DNA of 64,000 bases, taken from the NCBI GenBank assembly GCA_963677595.1, contig OY782041.1, positions 1,376,001-1,440,000 of the forward strand. The letters run 5' to 3'. This stretch comes from Spirochaetia bacterium. Lineage in GTDB: Bacteria; Spirochaetota; Spirochaetia; CAKZLE01. The notes beneath the pieces are model-generated. The model was not told the DNA's origin, searched no databases, and saw only the letters and a list, made by a program, of their open reading frames with translations. Within the stretch, counting starts at the first letter, position 1; every line of letters begins with the position of its first letter. Both the position numbers and the translations under genes were made by a program. This document shows positions 28,703 through 36,408 of the stretch, in pieces.

Positions 28703-30259
28703 TTATTTTTCAATATATGCGTCTTTAAAGAACAACCAACTATTGATAGCTAAACGAGTACCTTTAATATTTGATTGAAAGCCAACACCTATTCTTGACT
28801 CTACTGCAAATATATAGGGGAATTTCTCCCAAAGCAGGGCATTCACTTCTCTTAATTTTTCCTTTCGTTCTTCAGTGGTCAAACCATAACCAGCAGCTGC
28901 GCTGTAATAACCCGGCATGTCCGCAAAATCATCTCCTTCAGCATAACCACGCTTAACCATTTGATTCCAGTAATAATCGGATGTACCACCAAAAGGACCA
29001 GGAGTATTGGCAAGATCCATTTCAAACTCCCCACTATTTTGTTTCTCTGTAATAGCTGCCTTTTCCAATTGCTTAAACTCAACGTTAATACCTACTTGAG
29101 TCAATTGTGACGCAATAAATTCACCTACCTGGACATCGTTCCCAAACTCCCCTGTAGTCATGTACAAGCGAATAAGAGCCCCATCATAGCCAATTTCCTT
29201 AAGTAGCTGCTTTGATCGCTCCGGGTCATAATTGTTAGCTTTGGTACCGGCATCACCACCAAAAGAAAGCTCAGAAGCAACACCAGACATGGGAGCAGTC
29301 AACCCGCCAAATAGATATGTATTGATCGCATCTTGATCAATAGCCAATACCATTGCTTCTCTAAACTTCACATTCCACATCCAGTTATCCTTAGGAACGT
29401 TAAAGTTGATTCTTGTCCAGTTCAATCCAACGGTTCTAAATATGTCAAAATAGTAATCGTCACTAAGCTTTTCGAGATTTTCTATCTGATCCAATGGGAT
29501 TGCTTCAGATATTTCATAATCTCCTGATTGTAGTCCTGAAATACGCGCTGACTGATCACTTACAGCATCTATCACAACTTCATCGAAATACACATCTCCA
29601 TCCCAATATTCAGTCTCAGCCTTCTTTAAAACCAGTGATATTCCTAAATCCCAGCTTTCAACAACATATGGGCCAACCCCCGCCGGATGGGTGAAGTACA
29701 CTTCGTCACCTTCTGCCTTCCATTGTTTCGGTGCATACATCACGATACGAGTAAGCAAATTAGGAATGAAAGCGTTTGCTGCTTCAGTTTTTATATTAAT
29801 GGTATACTCATCAACCTTTTCGATTGTAATCGGCCATGCAGTTCCCCAATGTGATTTATATCGATATGCCAGTTCACGGTCCGTCATCGATGTCAGGTTA
29901 TAGACAACTGCATCTGCATTAAAGGGTTCACCGTTTGTGAACACTACCCCTTCGCGCAACTTGAACTGCCAAGTCAGTTCATCAATCCATTCCCAAGATG
30001 TTGCAAGCCCTGGTTCAAGATCTCCTTCGTCATTTAAACGAGTGAGTGCATCACTTATATTCTGTGTAATAGATGTTGCATACCCATCTGCACGCAACAT
30101 ACCAAGCGTGGATGGCCCTTTCTCCATAGCAATTCTTAGAATCTTGTCTTCTTTTTCTGCAGCAGCGGTTTCCTTATCACCATTAGCACTTACTAATGAA
30201 ATGCTGAATACCAGTATTACACTGATAATTAGAAATACATGCGATACCTTCCTTTTCAT
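28703..30259 (-). CDS. Family-5 ABC solute-binding protein
   Basis: Signal ..VSANG; PGLATSW, FKLREGVVFTNGEPFNADAV, GVGPY; SD AGGAGG. Confidence 0.92.
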   Translation of the reverse strand: MKRKVSHVFLIISVILVFSISLVSANGDKETAAAEKEDKILRIAMEKGPSTLGMLRADGYATSITQNISDALTRLNDEGDLEPGLATSWEWIDELTWQFKLREGVVFTNGEPFNADAVVYNLTSMTDRELAYRYKSHWGTAWPITIEKVDEYTINIKTEAANAFIPNLLTRIVMYAPKQWKAEGDEVYFTHPAGVGPYVVESWDLGISLVLKKAETEYWDGDVYFDEVVIDAVSDQSARISGLQSGDYEISEAIPLDQIENLEKLSDDYYFDIFRTVGLNWTRINFNVPKDNWMWNVKFREAMVLAIDQDAINTYLFGGLTAPMSGVASELSFGGDAGTKANNYDPERSKQLLKEIGYDGALIRLYMTTGEFGNDVQVGEFIASQLTQVGINVEFKQLEKAAITEKQNSGEFEMDLANTPGPFGGTSDYYWNQMVKRGYAEGDDFADMPGYYSAAAGYGLTTEERKEKLREVNALLWEKFPYIFAVESRIGVGFQSNIKGTRLAINSWLFFKDAYIEK

Positions 30260-30673
30260 GTTTCCTCCTAATAAAAAACCTGGCATACACTATCTTTCAG
30301 CCTACGGATAGTTCTGATCAGTTTCCCGATCTTTAACGACAAATCATGCTGCCGCCTGCATATTCCAAACTTTTTTGTATCTGTACTTGGTGCTTAGCTC
30401 AAGCAGTGCAACAGTTGGTCCTACATCATTTCGATAGACAGGAACCCTGATTAATAACAGTCAGTATTCAGATATTTCCTCAAAGCCGCTCCCTCCTTTC
30501 AGAAATAATACTGAAACTAAGTAACTGTTTTAAAAAGACTTATATTCCCACTTATGGGAAACACAATCGTCCATAAAATCAGCAGGCTACCATTTCTCAA
30601 AATCTACAAAGCATCAAGCCCAGACAGGACAACCCACTTAACACTGGAAAAAAGAATCTATAAACCCAAATAC

Positions 30674-31399
30674 TTAGAACACAAAATCTCCACTCATAGC
30701 GAAAGGATACACTGCCTGATACGCTTCAGCATATTGGCAACCCCTACGGCCAAAACTTGATGCATTTGAAGCTCGTATTTCTGCACGTTTTTCATAGCTT
30801 TCCGCTAATTTCGCCTTACCTTCGAAACAGGACATTGCCTGTTTTTTCAGGTCTATGACCTCTGAAATATCCACAAATACGTTAGGCTGGAAATTATTGA
30901 ACTCACTGGCATGTGGCTCAAAACAGAAGATTGGAGTTCTTTTTAATCCTGGTGTTGTACCTTCAATCTCAATCCCATACCCTCCAGCCAGTTCCGCAGC
31001 CAGAATGACATAGTTGAGAACCGATCCATGATCTGGGTTGAGAATATCTTTATTGTGATGTGTTAAAATGAAATCAGGCTGATAGTTTCGGTAATAAGCT
31101 GCCAATTTTTTTAAAGAATCTCGGTCCATTTCTAGAGGATAGTCCTGCAAATCCCAAAAGTCTATTTGATTGACACCTAGAATCTCTGCTACTTTAGTTG
31201 TGTCTCTTTTCCTCACTTTTTTAGCAGTCTCGATATCCATGCCAGTTGTCATCAGATCGTTTGCTTCTCCTCCTGTACCATATGTAAGGATGATAACCTG
31301 AACCTCTCCGCCATTCTTCGTATGCTTAGCTACAGATCCGGAACAACGCCATAACAAATCTCCGGGATGTGCAGAAATTACCAACATTTTTTGTCTCAC
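30674..31399 (-). CDS. PIG-L-family protein resembling 4-oxalomesaconate hydratase GalB
   Basis: SAHPGDLLWR (GalB-type H-x-x-D-x-x-W-R), DYPL, NPDH, FEPH, YAEAYQ; GTG start after AGGAGG. Confidence 0.75.
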   Translation of the reverse strand: MRQKMLVISAHPGDLLWRCSGSVAKHTKNGGEVQVIILTYGTGGEANDLMTTGMDIETAKKVRKRDTTKVAEILGVNQIDFWDLQDYPLEMDRDSLKKLAAYYRNYQPDFILTHHNKDILNPDHGSVLNYVILAAELAGGYGIEIEGTTPGLKRTPIFCFEPHASEFNNFQPNVFVDISEVIDLKKQAMSCFEGKAKLAESYEKRAEIRASNASSFGRRGCQYAEAYQAVYPFAMSGDFVF

Positions 31400-31683
31400 T
31401 GGATCTTCCCTCCTATTTTTTATCAAATATCATTTATCAAATTATCCATCACATAATCCCATCTGTCAAGAAAAATCTGTCTAAGCACAGAAATGCTGAC
31501 TTCGCCGTAGAAGCCACCTGAAGAAAAATGGCGATCATTCATTGGTTTATAGATGGATTCTCATATTTAGGAGGCGGTTCCTACGTCCAGTAATTGGAGA
31601 ACCGGGAGGAGATTTTACGTAACTTTGTAGATTGTTAGTATGTTCTTTATCAATGAGTGCAGGTCAGCCGTTAGTTCTTCAAA

Positions 31684-33195
31684 TCATAGGACCGTATTGA
31701 AACTCTCTCTCACAGCCTGCTCCATGTCAGAGATTTCATCATCTGTCAGGAACTTAAAGTGAGCTGATCTCTTCCTTGCTGAAAGACTGCCGTTGTTCTG
31801 GAGACATACTTGCATGAAGAGGTCAATGAGCCGGTCAGGCATATCAATGATGTCCTGAATCGCTCTCTTAGCGGTGTCATAGTGTGCTAAAAAGTTGAGT
31901 TCATATGAAAGCTCTTCATTGATCGTCATCTTCACGAACTCGTATAAGGCTTCTGCCTGCCGAGTCATATCCATATATCGATACCAGGCTGCTGTTTCCG
32001 TATCAACCGTCATACGACCCGCCTCATCCAGATGATAATCAATGAGCTGCAGTAGGGGTTTGGAGAAAGCCTCCAAGGATGCATCATAAGCCGCCTGTTC
32101 TTTTACCATGACTGCTGAGACCGGGAACATCAGACCATTTGGGACAACCTGTTCCAACGAAAGGATATTGTGTATTAAGAACCGATGGATTCGTCCGTTC
32201 CCATCTTCAAACGGATGCAGGAACACAAAGCCATAGGCTATGATCGCTGCATGTATCACCGGCGAGACATGTCCTGATCTCATCAGGTTGTGAGAAGCGA
32301 TCAAGCCCTCCATCAGACTTGGCAGGTCATCAGGTTTTGGGCTGATGAAATGAATGATCTCTTTCTGATACCCCACTGTCTGCCCAACGTAATTCTGGCT
32401 TGCCCGGTAGCTGCTTTCTTTGAATCGGGGATCAACGATGAGGTTCTGCAGCTCTACCAACCTGTTCTTTGCACAGAAATCTTCTTTCTCGGCAAGTTCC
32501 AGTGATGTTATGAATTTTGCGGTTCGGGATTCGCTGGGTCGTATATGCTCAATCTCGAAGGATGATTTGGTTTCCTTGTGGTACAGATAGTTCAATGCCC
32601 GACGGAGCACTTCCGCTGGATACGAAGTGACAATGTCCTCACACGCTCTCTTGAGGTCAGATGTATCGAGCGCGGAAAGCTTCCTGGTTCTTCTGACAAT
32701 CGGGCAGAACGTACGAGGGCCAAGAAGGTTGTTCACGATTCGGTGTCGTGAAGACCTTGTCCCATTCTGTATCGTGTAATATTCATCTGCTTCAAGTGCA
32801 TCAATATAATTTCCGGCAGTCAGGTTATCGATTGGCAGCTGTTTTTCCCTAAGGAACTCGTAGAAGAACCAGATTCTTCTGGCATACTTCCCGGTTGGCT
32901 TGGACTTGATGTACTTCGTGAGATCTTCTTCAGGGATCTTTTCGAAGATCTGCGTCAGTAAACTCAGATTGACCCCGTCATATTTCAGTGCGAACTCAAG
33001 ATGCCGGCCAAGCGTTTCTCCCGGCCAGTATTGTTTCCTGAATACTTGATCTACCTGTTCCCCATGGAGCCTGGTATCGGAAGTACCTGTTGTGGAGACT
33101 GATGAACGATGCCAATTCGGCATACCTGTGAGGGCAAGTTTCTGCACCAGGTATTCGTAACCAGCCGGGAGAAGATCAAAATCGTTTAATTCCAT
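31684..33195 (-). CDS. Large Fic-domain protein
   Basis: HPFEDGNGRIHR intact Fic motif; N-terminal HLEFALKYDG, PTGKYARRIWF. Confidence 0.9.
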   Translation of the reverse strand: MELNDFDLLPAGYEYLVQKLALTGMPNWHRSSVSTTGTSDTRLHGEQVDQVFRKQYWPGETLGRHLEFALKYDGVNLSLLTQIFEKIPEEDLTKYIKSKPTGKYARRIWFFYEFLREKQLPIDNLTAGNYIDALEADEYYTIQNGTRSSRHRIVNNLLGPRTFCPIVRRTRKLSALDTSDLKRACEDIVTSYPAEVLRRALNYLYHKETKSSFEIEHIRPSESRTAKFITSLELAEKEDFCAKNRLVELQNLIVDPRFKESSYRASQNYVGQTVGYQKEIIHFISPKPDDLPSLMEGLIASHNLMRSGHVSPVIHAAIIAYGFVFLHPFEDGNGRIHRFLIHNILSLEQVVPNGLMFPVSAVMVKEQAAYDASLEAFSKPLLQLIDYHLDEAGRMTVDTETAAWYRYMDMTRQAEALYEFVKMTINEELSYELNFLAHYDTAKRAIQDIIDMPDRLIDLFMQVCLQNNGSLSARKRSAHFKFLTDDEISDMEQAVRESFNTVL

Positions 33196-33226
33196 AGCCA
33201 ATCCTGACAAATCGATTAATTCACTG

Positions 33227-33360
33227 TAAATATAGTTATAATACACCGGTTGTTGAACAAAAACAATTATATAACAGGAAATATGGCAAAAACTATTATA
33301 TATTCCCCACTTTTTTGGATTCCCTGCAAAAACCATTACTCATCTGCAAAAACAGTTATA
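33227..33360. repeat. Five degenerate 14-bp direct repeats (CAAAAACNNTTATA) upstream of fic
   Basis: Copies start at 33227, 33258, 33287, 33327, 33347. Confidence 0.6.
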
Positions 33361-33413
33361 GATCGCATACTTCCTGCAATTTCATATATAACGCTTCCAC
33401 ATCCGAGGATGTC

Positions 33414-35066
33414 CTACTCCTCCAGGAGTTCTGCCAGCTCCACCAGCTGTATGAACTCGGCCCGGTAGCCTTCCTCATCAGGGCCTCTGGAGGCTTTTGC
33501 CAGGGCGGTTACCTGCTCCCAGGAGGAGTCCCCTTTATAGGGGCTGTCCCGCAGCAGCATGCCGAACTCCACCACGGCACTGGCAAAGGTGAAGTCTACA
33601 TCGGTCTCCCCTGATGGATGTGACAGGGCTGCCTCATCAGCCAGGAACTCTATGAGCCTGCTCTCTTCCCTTCCGTCTTCGGGCTTCTTGTACCGGAGCT
33701 TGAAGGACAGGAGGTCATCCGAGGGAATGACCGTATGCTCCTGGAATACCAGGGGATCCGACTGGGGAGCTGATGCTTCCGGGTCGGAGGCCAGGACCAG
33801 CTCGTAGAAGGCGGTGACTGTCTGTCCGGAACCCATCTCACCGGCATCCTTGGTATCATCATTGAAGTCTTCCCGTTCGAGCATGCGGTTCTCATACCCG
33901 ATCAGGCGATAGGAGCTTACGACTGCGGGATTGAACTCGACCTGCACCTTCACGTCCTTCGCTACCGCGAAGAGGTTCCCCCAGATCTCCTTGCCGAGCA
34001 CCTTCTTCCCTTCGAGCAGGTTATCGATGTAGGCATAATTGCCGTTCCCTTTGTTGGACAGCACCTCCATGCGAGAGTCCTTGTAGTTGCCCATCCCGAA
34101 TCCCAGGATCGTGAGGTAGATGTTCTTCTCCCGCTTCTCCTCGATCAGCCTCTCTAGCTCGCCGGTCGAGCTGACCCCGACATTGAAGTCCCCGTCAGTA
34201 CAGAGGATCACCCGGTTGTTCCCTCCCGGGATATAGTTCTGCCCGGCTATCTTGTAGGCAAGCTCGATACCGGCACCACCGGCTGTGGAGCCCCCCGCCC
34301 GCAGTTCTGTAAACGCCTGGAGAATCACCTGCTTCTCTGTCCCGGGGGTGGTCTCGAGGATGGTCCCTGCTGATCCGGCATAGGCCACGATGGAGACCGA
34401 GTCCTGGGGCCGCAGCTGCTCGACGAGGACCTTCATGCTCTTCTGCAGCAGCGGCAGCTTGTTATCATCATACATCGAGCCTGACGTATCGATGAGGAAG
34501 ACCAGGTTCGCGGCAGGCAGTTCTTCGGTCATGATCTCCTCAGCCTTCAGGGCAACGCGGAGCAGCCGGTGTGCGGGAGCCCATGGGGCGGGCTCCATAT
34601 CGAGCTGTATGACTACAGGATGCTCCCCTGTAGGCTGCGGGTAGGCATAGGTGAAGTACTGGAGGAACTCCTCGATGCGGACGGCATCCTTCGGCGGCAT
34701 CTCACCATTCTGGGAGAGGAACCTCCTGACATTCGCATAGCTTGCCGTATCTGCATCTATGGAGAAGGTGGAGACCGGGTGTTCTGAGGTGTTTCGGAAT
34801 GGATTATCTGTTATGCGGTCATACTCTTCCGTGTTCATCTCCGCGGCAGGAGCGTATAACGGGGGCATCGGCTCGGAAGCCATCGCTGGATTCGGCATGG
34901 CCGTAGCCTGAACTGCTGCCATGGGCATCGCCGCTGCCTTCTCTGCTGTAGTATACACTTCGGGAATCGCATCCGCGGCTTTTTCGGAGCCCGAAGCACA
35001 GCCAGCCAGGATGAAGAGGACAGCCAAGACCACCAGGATACTCGTACGGTATGATTTCCATTCCAT
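33414..35066 (-). CDS. VWA-domain lipoprotein (YfbK/DUF3520 type)
   Basis: Lipobox LAGC, STFSIDADTASY, DTSGS MIDAS, TDGDFNVG, YRLIGYENR. Confidence 0.92.
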   Translation of the reverse strand: MEWKSYRTSILVVLAVLFILAGCASGSEKAADAIPEVYTTAEKAAAMPMAAVQATAMPNPAMASEPMPPLYAPAAEMNTEEYDRITDNPFRNTSEHPVSTFSIDADTASYANVRRFLSQNGEMPPKDAVRIEEFLQYFTYAYPQPTGEHPVVIQLDMEPAPWAPAHRLLRVALKAEEIMTEELPAANLVFLIDTSGSMYDDNKLPLLQKSMKVLVEQLRPQDSVSIVAYAGSAGTILETTPGTEKQVILQAFTELRAGGSTAGGAGIELAYKIAGQNYIPGGNNRVILCTDGDFNVGVSSTGELERLIEEKREKNIYLTILGFGMGNYKDSRMEVLSNKGNGNYAYIDNLLEGKKVLGKEIWGNLFAVAKDVKVQVEFNPAVVSSYRLIGYENRMLEREDFNDDTKDAGEMGSGQTVTAFYELVLASDPEASAPQSDPLVFQEHTVIPSDDLLSFKLRYKKPEDGREESRLIEFLADEAALSHPSGETDVDFTFASAVVEFGMLLRDSPYKGDSSWEQVTALAKASRGPDEEGYRAEFIQLVELAELLEE

Positions 35067-35133
35067 TGTGATGCCTCCATATACTAGGGAAACCACGCAA
35101 GGGGGGAATCGTTTCAAAGTTCCTTGGGGTACC

Positions 35134-36300
35134 CTATTGACCGACAGGCCATATTAATTCAAGGGCCTCTTCCCAGGGGAGGACTTGGATCCCGTTCGTG
35201 ATCTGCTTATGTCGGACTTGTGAGGCACAGATCAACTCTGCACCTGGGAAATCACTTGAAAGACGTGAAAGGTTCCTCACATGACGGTCATCGACCTGGT
35301 CGGTAGATTTGATCTCAAGAAGAATCGTGGCTTCCCCCGGGCGCTCTATGATCAGGTCGACTTCCACGTCATCTTTTGTCCGCAGGTACGAGAACCTGAA
35401 GTCTGTCTCATAATAATGATTCAAGCGAAAGCACTCACTGACGAACCAGCCTTCGAAGGCATCCCCATAATCACTGGTCTTGGGTGTAAGGGGCACATTC
35501 AATAGACCCTGCAGTGCCCGCTTCACCCCCTGGTCGAACAGGTAGAATTTAGGACTCTGTCTCTGCACCTTCCGTACTGAACGATGATACGGTTCAAGGA
35601 AGCATCCCAGATGGGTATCGACAAGTATCTGGTAATAGGTCTGTACGGTCTTGTAATCTACTCCTGTGTCTCGGGCAACATTGCTGAAATTCACGATCTG
35701 GGTATCCATCTGGGCCGTTATCGGGAGAAACAGCCTGAAAGGAGTGACTTTTCGAATCAGCTGTTCGACAAGGATCTCCTCTTTCACGTATGTCTGGGTA
35801 TACGCGCGAAGGAATCGTTTCTTATCCTGCTCTGAGCTATAACCCAGGATCCCCGGAAGGGTCCCCCACTGGAGTGCAGCGGGGAGGTCGAACTGTTCGC
35901 CGAGTTCACGAGCTGTGAATGGGAACAGAGCGAACCTGAAGGCACGCCCGGCAAGGAAGTTCGCCCCGCCCCGTTTCAGTTTTCTGCTGCTTGACCCGGT
36001 CAGGGCGAACCGAATATCGCGTTCAGAGAGGATACCATGCACATGATCCAGCAGTTTAGGGACCTTCTGGATCTCATCTATGATGATCCACTGGCCTTGG
36101 GCAAGGGCATCCGCCTGTTCATTCAATAATCCAGGTCGTATGCTGTATCGCTCCTCCACATCAGCATCAAGGAGGTCGATATACCATGCTTCTTGCAGGA
36201 ACGGCAGTGATTTAAGAAGTGTTGTCTTGCCGGTCCCACGGGCACCAAAGAGAAAGAAGCTGTTTGACTCTGATAGTCGCTGAAGACGCTCTATTTCCAT
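35134..36300 (-). CDS. AAA_14 ATPase + DUF4143 protein
   Basis: GARGTGKT, IIDEIQ, LTGSS, KFYLFDQG, EVDLII..EIKS. Confidence 0.9.
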   Translation of the reverse strand: MEIERLQRLSESNSFFLFGARGTGKTTLLKSLPFLQEAWYIDLLDADVEERYSIRPGLLNEQADALAQGQWIIIDEIQKVPKLLDHVHGILSERDIRFALTGSSSRKLKRGGANFLAGRAFRFALFPFTARELGEQFDLPAALQWGTLPGILGYSSEQDKKRFLRAYTQTYVKEEILVEQLIRKVTPFRLFLPITAQMDTQIVNFSNVARDTGVDYKTVQTYYQILVDTHLGCFLEPYHRSVRKVQRQSPKFYLFDQGVKRALQGLLNVPLTPKTSDYGDAFEGWFVSECFRLNHYYETDFRFSYLRTKDDVEVDLIIERPGEATILLEIKSTDQVDDRHVRNLSRLSSDFPGAELICASQVRHKQITNGIQVLPWEEALELIWPVGQ

Positions 36301-36319
36301 GACACCTCCAGGAATCATA

Positions 36320-36360
36320 GACCTAACTCCTAATTTAGCGTTAAAATTAGGAGTTAAGTC
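36320..36360. promoter_or_regulatory. 41-bp near-perfect palindrome between promoter and RBS of the AAA-DUF4143 gene
   Basis: GACCTAACTCCTAATTT-N7-AAATTAGGAGTTAAGTC (16/17). Confidence 0.65.
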
Positions 36361-36408
36361 CAGTATAATCCTATCATGGGTATTTTTCAAGGCTGTCTTG
36401 CGTAATCC

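Larger units (their letters stand above)
13649..33400. other. AT-rich accessory region (genomic-island-like) at tRNA-Val
   Basis: Abrupt visible shift to AT-rich codon usage after the tRNA; all genes on minus strand; TA/Fic genes at both ends; no integrase or att repeat seen. Confidence 0.6.

Noticed and set aside
33227-33360. CRISPR-like array
   Set aside because: Repeats too short and degenerate, spacers irregular (6-26 nt), no cas genes; no CRISPR array seen anywhere in the window
13590-33420. Prophage/ICE with attL/attR at tRNA-Val
   Set aside because: No integrase, phage or conjugation genes, and no repeat of the tRNA 3' end found by eye
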